DNA from: an uncultured Pirellulales bacterium
Lineage (GTDB): Bacteria > Planctomycetota > Phycisphaerae > Sedimentisphaerales > Anaerobacaceae
Length of the DNA: 64,000 nucleotides
Direction: 5' to 3'
NCBI GenBank assembly: GCA_964581905.1
Contig: CAZOQJ010000001.1
Coordinates: forward strand, 21,653-85,652
Part shown: piece by piece, positions 28,420 to 37,159 of the stretch
Layout of the letters: every line of letters begins with the position of its first letter
How positions within the stretch are numbered: position 1 is the stretch's first letter
Notes under the pieces: model-generated
Databases searched by the model: none
What the model was told of the DNA's origin: nothing
Seen by the model: only the letters and a program-made list of their open reading frames with translations
Program-made: the position numbers and the translations under genes

Positions 28420-29487
28420 TTATGCTTTCCTGTGCCGCAGGCGATAAACAAGAGCCAGAACTTCTGCTACCGCTACATACAGGGTTTCTGGTATAGCGGC
28501 GTCAAGCTTTACTGTTGAATATATGGTTCTGGCCAATTCAGGTTTTCTTACAATCGGCACACCGTAAGCCCGTGCGATTTCTTTTATCTTTTCCGCCAGG
28601 TGGTCCGCACCTTTAGCCACCATAGTGGGGGCTTCCATTGTCTTGGCATCGTAACGCAGGGCAACGGCTACATGTGTTGGATTGACAAGTACTACGTTGG
28701 CTTTAGGAACCTCCTGCAACATACGCTTGGCGGCCATCGCAAATTGGATTCTTCGGATGCGACTTTTAACTTCCGGAGAACCTTCTGTCTGCTTGCGCTC
28801 TTCTTTTACATCCTGCTTTGTCATCTTTAGGTCCTGGATATACTTCCATTTCTGGTAAATAGTATCTGTGGCGCCTATAACCAGAAGAGCGATGCAAATG
28901 CGTATGCACAGACCCAATATCATCTTTGCAATGAGTGCGAGCATCCCCAAAGACCAGGCCCACCGTAGAGTGGCAAGTACCTCGAGTTTATCCTTGAGGT
29001 AGAACCAGACGATGAGCGCAACAAAGAGAAGCTTTGCGATGGAGACCAGTAGTTTTACCGCAGAGCGTCCGTTTACTAACTTGCCGAATCCTGCGACTGG
29101 ATTTAATAAGTCGAATTTCGGAGACAAGGCTCCAGGGGAGAAATTTAAACCACCGACAATAATACCCCCGGCAACAGCGCCTACAAATAGAGCCGCAAAA
29201 ATAGGGCACAGAACGAGAACAAAATCAACAATTTTCCTGTTCATAAAGTTGATAAAACTGCCTGTATCAGTAAAAGGCTGGATTTGGCCGGACATCCCTT
29301 CCCTCATTAGTCCGGTGAACCATTGCATTAAAGATGGCGCCGAAAAGGCTATCGCTGCTACCAAAACAAGAATCGAGATAAAGGACATCAGTTCCGCACT
29401 CTGAGGTACTTGTCCTTTTTCTTTGGCCTTGGCCAATCTTCTTGGTGTTGGCTGCTCTGTCCTTTCGGCTGCTGGTTTCTCTGCCAT
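28420..29487 (-). CDS. flhB: flagellar export apparatus protein FlhB
   Basis: 355 aa. N-terminus AERTEQPTPRRLAKAKEKGQVPQS and the autocleavage motif VLVNPTHVAVAL. Confidence 0.95.
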   Translation of the reverse strand: MAEKPAAERTEQPTPRRLAKAKEKGQVPQSAELMSFISILVLVAAIAFSAPSLMQWFTGLMREGMSGQIQPFTDTGSFINFMNRKIVDFVLVLCPIFAALFVGAVAGGIIVGGLNFSPGALSPKFDLLNPVAGFGKLVNGRSAVKLLVSIAKLLFVALIVWFYLKDKLEVLATLRWAWSLGMLALIAKMILGLCIRICIALLVIGATDTIYQKWKYIQDLKMTKQDVKEERKQTEGSPEVKSRIRRIQFAMAAKRMLQEVPKANVVLVNPTHVAVALRYDAKTMEAPTMVAKGADHLAEKIKEIARAYGVPIVRKPELARTIYSTVKLDAAIPETLYVAVAEVLALVYRLRHRKA

Positions 29488-29582
29488 TTTAGTAGTGCCT
29501 AAAACGAGCCAAAGTGAATTAAAGTGAAAAAGTAATCCATAACTTTAGGCACTTTAGACACTTCAAACTTTAGCTCACTGCC

Positions 29583-30335
29583 TTATAAGGGAAGCAATTT
29601 GCCCATCCAGTCGGCAAATTCAGTCACAAATTCGCTAATAAATGGAAGAAATATCCCCACCATTAACAATCCCAAACCTACTTGTAGTGGTAAACTGATA
29701 AATAAAATGTTCATTTCTGGTGCGATACGCGCCAGCACCGCTAAAACAACCATTAACAGCAGAAGCGCTGCTAACATTGGCCCGGCCAATCTTAAACCGG
29801 CAATTAACAGAGTTGAACCGGCTTTAATTATGCCGCTGGCCAGGATTGCTATGCTTGGTATGGTACCCGCTGGAAATACTTCGAAGCTTCGCGAGATAAC
29901 TAATAGAAACAAATGGTGACCGTTGGCGCTAAGAAACAAAAGTATAAATATCATCTCTATAAGCTCACAAAGTGGTCCACCCATTTCGCCCGTTGTGGGG
30001 TCCAGAATACTGGCTATTGTCAAACCCATCTGCTGTTCGATAATCTGACCGCAGAGTTTGACCGTGGTAAATACAAGAGAGACGATTAACCCCAAAGCTA
30101 AACCGTAAATGGCTTCATTGCTTATCAATAGTATTGCCTCTAACATGCGAACACCATCGGGACTAACACCGGGAGGTTTTATCATGGAGAAAAAAATCGT
30201 TATTAGGAAAGTCATGGTGACTTTGACTCTCAGCGGTATGGTATTCCAGCTAAAGACAGGTGCTACCATAAAAAATGCTGAAATTCTTGTCAGCATCATC
30301 ACAAAACCGAGGAGCTTTTCGGTCACCAATTCCAT
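29583..30335 (-). CDS. fliR: flagellar export apparatus protein FliR
   Basis: 250-aa polytopic membrane protein located between fliQ and flhB. FliR-like sequence throughout. Confidence 0.88.
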   Translation of the reverse strand: MELVTEKLLGFVMMLTRISAFFMVAPVFSWNTIPLRVKVTMTFLITIFFSMIKPPGVSPDGVRMLEAILLISNEAIYGLALGLIVSLVFTTVKLCGQIIEQQMGLTIASILDPTTGEMGGPLCELIEMIFILLFLSANGHHLFLLVISRSFEVFPAGTIPSIAILASGIIKAGSTLLIAGLRLAGPMLAALLLLMVVLAVLARIAPEMNILFISLPLQVGLGLLMVGIFLPFISEFVTEFADWMGKLLPL

Positions 30336-30338
30336 AAA

Positions 30339-30608
30339 TCAGCGCCCAATATTCTGGATATGACTGAAAATTTCGTTAGCAAATCTAAGTAGAACCTCCA
30401 TCATCCAGTTTCCGAAAAGCAGTGTGACCGCCCCCACAGCCAGAAGCTTGGGCACTATCGTTAAGGTCATATCGCGTATTGAAGTAACCGCCTGAAACAG
30501 TGTCACAATTATTCCAACTGTCATACACGTCAGCAGAATTGGAGCGGCCAAAAACAAAGCTGTCTCAAGAGTATGTCTGCCAAGATAAAGTATGAAACTG
30601 CTGTCCAT
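30339..30608 (-). CDS. fliQ: flagellar export apparatus protein FliQ
   Basis: 89 aa with two TM helices. FQAVTSIRDMTLTIVPKLLAV is typical of FliQ. Confidence 0.93.
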   Translation of the reverse strand: MDSSFILYLGRHTLETALFLAAPILLTCMTVGIIVTLFQAVTSIRDMTLTIVPKLLAVGAVTLLFGNWMMEVLLRFANEIFSHIQNIGR

Positions 30609-30635
30609 CTGACAGGTTCCTGAAAAAGTAAGTGC

Positions 30636-31508
30636 TCATTTAAAGCTCAGACTAAGACTCTTTGCCAATAATCCCCATCCGTCGACGAGAATGAATAATA
30701 TCAGCTTGAAAGGCAGAGAAATCATCACAGGTGGAAGCATCATCATGCCCGCACTGAGCAAGACACTTGCAATAACCATATCCACCAGCAAAAACGGTAT
30801 GAACAAAAGGCAGCCTATCTCGAATGCCGTTCGAAATTCACTAATAATGAATGCAGGAACTACTACATGCATACCGATATCCATCGGGGTCGAAGGCGGT
30901 TCTATCTTGGCCATATGTACAAAAACAGCCAAATCAGATTCTCGGGTTTGCCGAAGCATAAACTCCTTGATACAGTCGCTGGCTCTGGTGCTGGCCGTTT
31001 GAAAATCTATCTCGTCCGCAAGGTAAGGCTGGACGCTGATTTCATTGATTTTGTAAAATGTAGGCGACATCGTATATAGGGTCAGGAACAATGCTAAACC
31101 TACAATAGCTATGGTAGGCGGTATTGTTTGTGTAGTTAAAGCCCGGCGAACAAAGGATAAAACAATAACTATTCGAGTGAACGATGTCATCATTACCAAA
31201 AGGCTCGGCAGGATTGCCAGCCCGGTAAAGATGATTACAAGTTTGATGGGAGTTGACCAATCTCTGCCCTTGGTCTCCGGTGTCGTTGCTTTATCTATAA
31301 GCGTCATCAAATCGCCAATACTCGGAATAGATTTGACCTGAGTTTTTGTTGTAGTGGTATCGTTAGGCAGAGCGGGTAACCCTATTTGTCCAGGGTTTTT
31401 TTCAGCCTGTCCACTCGTCAAAGCGTAGCTTGCCGTGGCCTGGAAAGATATGCCAGTTGGCAACACAATAACGAATGCTAAAAAAAGTAATTTAATATTG
31501 CCGGTCAT
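30636..31508 (-). CDS. fliP: flagellar export apparatus protein FliP
   Basis: 290 aa with a signal-like N-terminus. FliP core LLVMMTSFTRIVIVLSFVRRALTTQTIPP and FKLILFILVDGW. Confidence 0.95.
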   Translation of the reverse strand: MTGNIKLLFLAFVIVLPTGISFQATASYALTSGQAEKNPGQIGLPALPNDTTTTKTQVKSIPSIGDLMTLIDKATTPETKGRDWSTPIKLVIIFTGLAILPSLLVMMTSFTRIVIVLSFVRRALTTQTIPPTIAIVGLALFLTLYTMSPTFYKINEISVQPYLADEIDFQTASTRASDCIKEFMLRQTRESDLAVFVHMAKIEPPSTPMDIGMHVVVPAFIISEFRTAFEIGCLLFIPFLLVDMVIASVLLSAGMMMLPPVMISLPFKLILFILVDGWGLLAKSLSLSFK

Positions 31509-32022
31509 TTATATTGTTTGTCTCTTTCGGGGATAAATTTGTTTCGGCCTGGGCTTGGCCATCCCTTACGGGAAAAGTATCCGTTACATCAGCCAATTTG
31601 GTAATGCTCTCATTAGTGCTGCCTATCAGAAGTCGACGATTGCCTATTTTAATCAGATGTACCGCTTTACGCGGCCCAAGGTGGACTGTCTCGAAAACCT
31701 GAATCTTTTTGCCGGAAAGGTTGGTAATTCTTGGCACAAACTTTTTCGAAATATAAATCGCTGCTGTTCCCAGAACAACAACGAGTAAAACTGCAAGCAT
31801 CATTTTGTAGAACAGTTCCCGCGTGCTAATATCACCACCTGTTCCCGCCCAAAAATTTGGGTCATTTGTAAACAAAGAAGAAGCAGATTTATCAGATGGC
31901 GACTTGATTGACCCATCCACAGCAGATTGAGCGCAGCATGCTGAAATTATACTGCCGCTGAGCCAGACGACTATCAGAAGCACAATAATCCTTTTATTAT
32001 GTGTTATCATGCCAATACACAC
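31492..32022 (-). CDS. fliO: FliO/FliZ-type flagellar export protein
   Basis: 176 aa with a single TM helix followed by VHLGPRKAVHLIKIGNRRLLIGSTNESITKLADV (FliO-like). Overlaps the fliP start. Confidence 0.65.
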   Translation of the reverse strand: MCIGMITHNKRIIVLLIVVWLSGSIISACCAQSAVDGSIKSPSDKSASSLFTNDPNFWAGTGGDISTRELFYKMMLAVLLVVVLGTAAIYISKKFVPRITNLSGKKIQVFETVHLGPRKAVHLIKIGNRRLLIGSTNESITKLADVTDTFPVRDGQAQAETNLSPKETNNINDRQY

Positions 32023-32052
32023 GCATATAATCCTTATCTGCTATATGGATGA

Positions 32053-32067
32053 GCAAATAGCGTGCCG
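32053..32067 (-). promoter_or_regulatory. sigma-54 -24/-12 promoter candidate for fliOPQR-flhB
   Basis: The minus strand reads CGGCAC-GCTAT-TTGC. GG and GC have canonical spacing, with 1 mismatch to TGGCAC-N5-TTGC. About 30 nt upstream of the fliO start. Confidence 0.55.
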
Positions 32068-32215
32068 AAACCGCAGAATAGGTGTTAATGTGCTACGAAG
32101 GACGTTTTTTACGCTGAGTTGACTAAATATGGCGGTAAATCGCCAAAAATGTCAACAATTGTGAACAGTTCCAAGACATCGGCGGAAGTGTTTGTGAGCT
32201 TGCAAATGCTATTTT

Positions 32216-32296
32216 GCCCCCGCCTGCCCCCGCGTCTCCCGACGCAAGGCGGGGCGGCGGGCAAGAAGCTGCGGGGGCTGCTACGAAGCACGAGTC
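32216..32296 (+). repeat. GC-rich nested-hairpin element ending in GCTGCGGGGGCT(GCT)ACGAAGCACGAGTC (copy 1)
   Basis: Its last ~30 nt are near-identical to 57461..57486 apart from a 3-nt indel. It contains palindromes GCGTC-TCCC-GACGC and GCCCCCGC..GCGGGGGC. It abuts the motB' stop codon. Confidence 0.8.
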
Positions 32297-33051
32297 TAAT
32301 CATTTGCCCGAAGTACAGCAATCAAGATTTGCGACTGCTCGGAAACCGGGCTGTCTTCGCCCACCCACTGGCCTCCTGGACCAGCTCCCCACGAGTAAAC
32401 AGGCCATTGGAGCACCGTTGGCAAAATACTACGCAAAAAGTCCGAAACTGCCTGGGCCCGTCTGGCTGACAGTATCCACTGTTCTTGCTCACCTTTTGCA
32501 TCTCTGGCCAGACCAAGTACATAAAGCTTGACCCCCACTCTTGTCTTCGACAAGAAGACGTGGGGGTCGTTCGCCTGTAAATCCAGAGAGAACCGCGTTA
32601 AAAACTTCTTGGCTGGCTCATTCAAGTTTGCTCCGCCAGCCGCAAAACCAATATCGGCAACTGAAAAGTTTGTCTGTTTTGCGACAATCTGCGAAGGCAT
32701 GGTTGTCATAGACCGGCTGACTTCCTTAAAAAGGCGACGGACATTTTCTTCTTTTGCATCTATACTTCTGACTCCTAACAGTTCGTCGGGGCTGCTTATG
32801 AAATATTTCACCTTACACTCGCCGAGGTCAAAAGCCACTTTTTGGCCGAAAAGCATTCCAAGTCCAAGGTCCCGTATCGATTCTAAAAAAGAATCCCGAC
32901 CTATATTGAAAAGCTCCGGGTCCTGCACCTGAGCTAAAGTCAGCAGCATCACAAAGAATGTCAGCAGAAGCGTCACCATATCCGAAAAGGTAACGATATA
33001 TGCAGGCACTTTAGAGCCTTTTTCCTCAGCTGTCAACCGCCGGCGCATCAC
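32296..33051 (-). CDS. motB: MotB-family stator protein, second tandem paralog (OmpA-like C-terminus)
   Basis: 251 aa. Plug/TM motif AYIVTFSDMVTLLLTFFVMLL with the conserved Asp. C-terminal peptidoglycan-binding-like ILSARRAQAVSDFL. Confidence 0.8.
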   Translation of the reverse strand: MMRRRLTAEEKGSKVPAYIVTFSDMVTLLLTFFVMLLTLAQVQDPELFNIGRDSFLESIRDLGLGMLFGQKVAFDLGECKVKYFISSPDELLGVRSIDAKEENVRRLFKEVSRSMTTMPSQIVAKQTNFSVADIGFAAGGANLNEPAKKFLTRFSLDLQANDPHVFLSKTRVGVKLYVLGLARDAKGEQEQWILSARRAQAVSDFLRSILPTVLQWPVYSWGAGPGGQWVGEDSPVSEQSQILIAVLRAND

Positions 33052-33743
33052 TGGTAAATACTCCGTTCCAGTAAAACAACTTCAAGCATACGTTCGGTTT
33101 TTGCCCCTGGATAGGCCTGTTCAATGCTTTTTAGGTTTTCTTGAAGAGAACTTCCTGTGATGCTGAATCGTTCTTTGTCGAGGCCTTGTTTTGTCGTAAG
33201 ATACTCCATCACGGCCCAAGCCCGTCGCAGGCCAGAATACTCATCAATCCTTTCATCATCCTGGCCGTTTTCGCTGATAACTATACGGTTTGGTACTTCT
33301 TTTAGAAATGATGCCATAGCAGAAAGGGTTTTTCGGCCCTGAAGCGAAATAATTGTCCCCCCGCCCCAAAAGACATTGTCTGACGAAATTAAAAATACCT
33401 TCCGGTCATGAAAAGAAACGGGCTCTGTGTCTTTTTTTAGGTGGTCTTCAGCACCTTTTTCCAACGTGGGTTTTTCACTTCCTTTGTCAATCTCCTGTAT
33501 ATGTTCGATTTCTTCCGCAGCCAAAAATGAATCTGTATCTCTCCTGGTTTTCACGCCGACCGAGGGCAAAGAGCCGGTGAAAACCACCTTCAATTTCCGA
33601 AAAGTTTTATTGCTGAAAGATGAGAAACTCAAAAGCAGCACAAAAAACGTTAGCAGCAGTGTCATACAATCGCTGAATGTGACCATCCATTCGGGTGCAC
33701 CTAGGGCCTGGTCAGGCTCTGACTGTTTTCTTTCTCGCCGCAT
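33048..33743 (-). CDS. motB: MotB-family stator protein, first tandem paralog
   Basis: 231 aa. PEWMVTFSDCMTLLLTFFVLLLSF with the conserved Asp. Divergent OmpA-like C-terminus (SGLRRAWAVMEYL). Its start overlaps the motA stop. Confidence 0.8.
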   Translation of the reverse strand: MRRERKQSEPDQALGAPEWMVTFSDCMTLLLTFFVLLLSFSSFSNKTFRKLKVVFTGSLPSVGVKTRRDTDSFLAAEEIEHIQEIDKGSEKPTLEKGAEDHLKKDTEPVSFHDRKVFLISSDNVFWGGGTIISLQGRKTLSAMASFLKEVPNRIVISENGQDDERIDEYSGLRRAWAVMEYLTTKQGLDKERFSITGSSLQENLKSIEQAYPGAKTERMLEVVLLERSIYQ

Positions 33744-34513
33744 TAAATAGTCGCCTTTACTTCTTCACGTTTGCTCTGGGAAACAAACGCCTGCATCTTT
33801 TCTCGAACAGCCGTTGGGTTATCACCTCGCGCAACGGCACAGATGCCTTCTGTAATCATTTCCATCGCGGTCGTCTCGGCCTTGGAATAAATACCCAATT
33901 TGCCTGCCAGCGGGATAAAAATCAGGTTGGCGGAAAAGGCACCATAAAAAGTGGTAAGCAAAGCCACTGCCATCCCTGCACCGATTTGGTCTGGCGAATC
34001 GAGGTTTCTGAGCATCTGGATTAGACCGATAAGCGTGCCTATCATCCCAAAAGCAGGGGCTGCTGCTCCCATAAACTCCAGAATCTTTTTACCAGTTGAA
34101 TGCCGGTCCTGAAGGTATTGAATCTCTAAAGACATAAGGTCCCGAATATCTTCGGATTCTTGCCCATCAACGAGCATCTGTAGGCCCTTAACGAGAAACA
34201 AATCGTTTACCTTGTGAATCTCCTGCTCCAGGGCCAGTGCCCCGTCTCGCCTGTTGATGGCAGCGTAGTTAACCATTTTCTGAATCAGTTGAGACTGCGG
34301 CGGTATTTTTGTGACTATGGTTTTCTTGACTACCGAGAATATGCCTAAAAACTGTGGCAGCGAGAAATGTATGAGCGTAGCACATAGCATCCCTCCTATC
34401 GTTATTGCCAGCGATGGGATATGAAGAAACATCCCGGCACCCCCACCGGCAATAATGGCGCCAGTAATAACTATAAAACCCAAAAGTACTCCGAATATTG
34501 TCGCAATATCCAT
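33743..34513 (-). CDS. motA: flagellar stator protein MotA
   Basis: 256 aa with four TM segments. MotA/TolQ/ExbB motifs AAPAFGMIGTLIGLIQML and ALLTTFYGAFSANLIFIPLAGK. Confidence 0.92.
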   Translation of the reverse strand: MDIATIFGVLLGFIVITGAIIAGGGAGMFLHIPSLAITIGGMLCATLIHFSLPQFLGIFSVVKKTIVTKIPPQSQLIQKMVNYAAINRRDGALALEQEIHKVNDLFLVKGLQMLVDGQESEDIRDLMSLEIQYLQDRHSTGKKILEFMGAAAPAFGMIGTLIGLIQMLRNLDSPDQIGAGMAVALLTTFYGAFSANLIFIPLAGKLGIYSKAETTAMEMITEGICAVARGDNPTAVREKMQAFVSQSKREEVKATI

Positions 34514-34517
34514 ATGT

Positions 34518-35213
34518 TCACTTTCTCTGGACTATTTCTTTTAATCTCTTGCAAAAATATGCTGCAAGCTTGGGCTCAGAAGTAGCCAGCTGTGCTAATA
34601 ATTTGGCCCTGGTCCTGTCGGTCATGTAGTATAAAATCTTCACGGCGTCATCGGCATTGTCATTTTGTGTCTGGCTCATATTCGTCAATATTCTGCCGGC
34701 CGCTTCGGTATCCATCTTGTCATAAGCCGCTGCTATTGACATCAGGTTGTTTGTTTCTTCCTGTGCAATTTCCACTTTACTCTTTAGCAGCTTATCCCGT
34801 TCTTCCTTGAGACTGGCAACGGTAGAGGCAAGTTCAATTCGCAGATTATCAAGCTGCTCGATGTCCTTTTTTAACGTATTCTGAACCATCTGTAATCTCT
34901 GCTCGCGGAGTTTAAGCTCTTCCAGCTTATTGCCATATTCTTGAATCTTCTCCCGCACCTCGTAAACAAGGCTTTTGAGCTGTTTTTCCGTCATAGCTTT
35001 TTTCATTTTGCTGTCGATTACGCTGTCAGCACCAGCTGTGGTTATTTGTGGCTGTGGCAATTCTGGGACGGGTTCCTCCGCGGCAGGTGTTGCATGAGGC
35101 ACTTCGGTACTTGGGCCCTTGGTGGATGGTTTAGTGAGCCAGGCAAACGCAAACATCCCCACAAAGCTTATCAGTCCAGCTATCGCTGCTATTATTATTA
35201 GTTTTTTATTCAC
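34518..35213 (-). CDS. MotE/YlxF-like flagellar protein (N-terminal TM, coiled coil, MgtE_N-like C-terminus)
   Basis: 231 aa with a GTG start preceded by AGGAG. Its position after fliJ matches Bacillus ylxF. C-terminal AAAYDKMDTEAAGRILTNM..AVKILYYMTDRTRAKLLAQL. Confidence 0.55.
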   Translation of the reverse strand: MNKKLIIIAAIAGLISFVGMFAFAWLTKPSTKGPSTEVPHATPAAEEPVPELPQPQITTAGADSVIDSKMKKAMTEKQLKSLVYEVREKIQEYGNKLEELKLREQRLQMVQNTLKKDIEQLDNLRIELASTVASLKEERDKLLKSKVEIAQEETNNLMSIAAAYDKMDTEAAGRILTNMSQTQNDNADDAVKILYYMTDRTRAKLLAQLATSEPKLAAYFCKRLKEIVQRK

Positions 35214-35231
35214 GTTTGTTTCTCCTGTCCT

Positions 35232-35260
35232 TTTATGGACTTGGCCATCCCTGACGGGAC
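35232..35260 (+). repeat. 29-nt repeat TTTATGGACTTGGCCATCCCTRACGGGAC (copy B, fliJ / motE-like spacer)
   Basis: 28/29 identical to 979..1007. Confidence 0.85.
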
Positions 35261-35285
35261 TGCTATCACGGTTTTAATTATCGAA

Positions 35286-35729
35286 TTAGTTTAGTTTTCG
35301 AGCAAAACTGACAGTAGCTCTTTCATCTAATTCTTTCTGCTCGAGTTTTTCCTGTTCCTTTATAAATCTTGCTTTTGCTTGAGCCCGTAATTTTTCCAGA
35401 CCTTCCTTGAACCTTCTGGCCTTTAAAACCTCAGCAATTTTTTGTTTCTGGGCTGATTCAAGTTTGCTCAGCTTTTCTTTGAGTTCTTTTATAACCTCAT
35501 CATTTGTTACCGAACATCTCAAAAAAAACTCTTGTTTACTTAGTCGTTTCTTGGGATGTTGTCCCGTTAAATCATCGATTATATTATCCAGTATTCTCTT
35601 CTGCGTTAGCAGTTTACTTCGTGTCTGGGCAATTTTTTCGGTTAGCTTAACTAACTCTACTTTCTTTACTTGTTCTTCCTTTGTCTTTATGTCGAGAACT
35701 CGCTGCAGTCGCCATACAAATCGCTTCAT
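35286..35729 (-). CDS. fliJ: flagellar export chaperone/stalk protein FliJ
   Basis: 147-aa coiled-coil protein. N-terminus FVWRLQRVLDIKTKEE is typical of FliJ. Follows fliI with an overlapping start. Confidence 0.78.
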   Translation of the reverse strand: MKRFVWRLQRVLDIKTKEEQVKKVELVKLTEKIAQTRSKLLTQKRILDNIIDDLTGQHPKKRLSKQEFFLRCSVTNDEVIKELKEKLSKLESAQKQKIAEVLKARRFKEGLEKLRAQAKARFIKEQEKLEQKELDERATVSFARKLN

Positions 35730-37156
35730 TTAGCTCTGTTTCCGATTCTTTCAGCATTGACATTCAAAAGTTCATCCCACGAGCGAGTAATCGTGGTCAT
35801 TTGCCTGACGGTTTCATCGAAATCCGTTCTTTCTCGAATAGGCTGTATAAGAAAATTGCTTATTCTGTCGATTAAAGCAATTGCTCCATCAATACGGCGA
35901 TTGCTGCCCGGCGAGAACGCGCCAATATTTATCAAGTCTTCAGCATCAATGTAGGTAGCACATATCTCCTTAAATTTCTGGGCCGCCAACCTGTGCTCTT
36001 CACTCACCACCGCAGGCATTAACCTGCTTATGCTTGCCAAGATGTCCACAGCAGGAAAATGGCCCCTCTCAGCCAGCTTTCTTGACAAGACTATATGTCC
36101 ATCCAATAAGCTTCTGGCACTATCGGCCACGGGGTCGGTCAAATCATCATTTTCAACGAGCACCGTCAAAATCCCTGTAATGCTGCCGTTTTCGGCGCAT
36201 CCTAAACGCTCTATAAGTCTGGGCATCAGCGAAAAGACGCTTGGACAGTAACCTTTTGTTGCCGGCGGCTCACCGGCAGCAAGTCCGATTTCGCGTTGGG
36301 CCTGTGCGAAGCGAGTTAGCGAATCCATCATGAACAAAACATTTTTAGCTTTGTCTCTGAAATATTCAGCAATTGTTACCGCTACAAATGCAGCCTTGAC
36401 TCTCTGAATCGGGGGCGAATCCGAAGCAGCAACCACAACCACACTGTGAGCCAGACCATCAGGGCCAAGGTCTTCTTCGAGAAATTCTCGAACCTCCCGG
36501 CCACGTTCACCTATCAATGCTACGATATTGACGTCTGCACCACTTGAATTGGCGATATCGCCGAGAAGTAAACTTTTACCTACACCGCTTCCCGAAAAAA
36601 TGCCTATTCGCTGGCCTTTTCCGCAGGTTAGTACGCTATCTATTGACCTGATTCCTAAGGACATATGCTCAGTTATTCTTTCTCTGCTTAATGCCGGAGG
36701 GCTGCTGGCATCTAATGCTTTTTTATCAACCCCCATCAATGGTCCTTTGCCATCGATTGGCTCTCCCAACCCATTTAATACTCTACCAAGCACATTCTCG
36801 CTTAAAGTAATATAACGCGGAGTGGTTCGAGTGGTTACCGTATCGCCCGGTGCTATACCCTCTATATGCTCTAACGGAAGCAGAATAAGCCGGTCACCTT
36901 GGAAGCCTACCACCTCCGCTAATACACGCCGACCGTCACGAATATTAATGCCGCAAAGTTCACCTATACCCACTTTTGGACCGTTGGATTCAACCGTCAA
37001 ACCCGATACTCGAATCACTGAACCGTGGTAATCTAACAAGTTAACGGCATGCAACGCTGAGTGAAATTTATCAAAATCAATCAAATTGTTATCAGTGCCC
37101 GCAAACACGTCTTGGTTGGTTTGAAGTTTTTGCCCTTTAATTTCGCTTGTAGCCAT
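35726..37156 (-). CDS. fliI: flagellum-specific ATPase FliI
   Basis: 476 aa. Walker A GIFSGSGVGKSLLLG and Walker B VLFMMDSLTRFAQAQREI. Similar to the F1/T3SS ATPase family throughout. Confidence 0.96.
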   Translation of the reverse strand: MATSEIKGQKLQTNQDVFAGTDNNLIDFDKFHSALHAVNLLDYHGSVIRVSGLTVESNGPKVGIGELCGINIRDGRRVLAEVVGFQGDRLILLPLEHIEGIAPGDTVTTRTTPRYITLSENVLGRVLNGLGEPIDGKGPLMGVDKKALDASSPPALSRERITEHMSLGIRSIDSVLTCGKGQRIGIFSGSGVGKSLLLGDIANSSGADVNIVALIGERGREVREFLEEDLGPDGLAHSVVVVAASDSPPIQRVKAAFVAVTIAEYFRDKAKNVLFMMDSLTRFAQAQREIGLAAGEPPATKGYCPSVFSLMPRLIERLGCAENGSITGILTVLVENDDLTDPVADSARSLLDGHIVLSRKLAERGHFPAVDILASISRLMPAVVSEEHRLAAQKFKEICATYIDAEDLINIGAFSPGSNRRIDGAIALIDRISNFLIQPIRERTDFDETVRQMTTITRSWDELLNVNAERIGNRAK

Positions 37157-37159
37157 AAA

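Noticed and set aside
32119-32531. 116-aa and 105-aa + strand ORFs spanning the motB'-fliO gap
   Set aside because: They are kept open by the GC-rich repeat element (Pro/Gly/Arg/Ala-rich translation) and run antisense into motB'. They are better explained as a non-coding repeat.
35240-35252. CsrA-binding-site interpretation of the 29-nt repeat. On the minus-strand RNA, copies at 35.2 kb and 31.56 kb read GU(C/A)AGGGAUGG, close to the CARGGAUG consensus, upstream of the motE-like and fliP starts.
   Set aside because: The flgA copy and the 40.39-kb copy are in the opposite orientation relative to their mRNAs. No csrA or fliW gene is in the window. The match is short. It is kept only as a possibility to test, not as a call.
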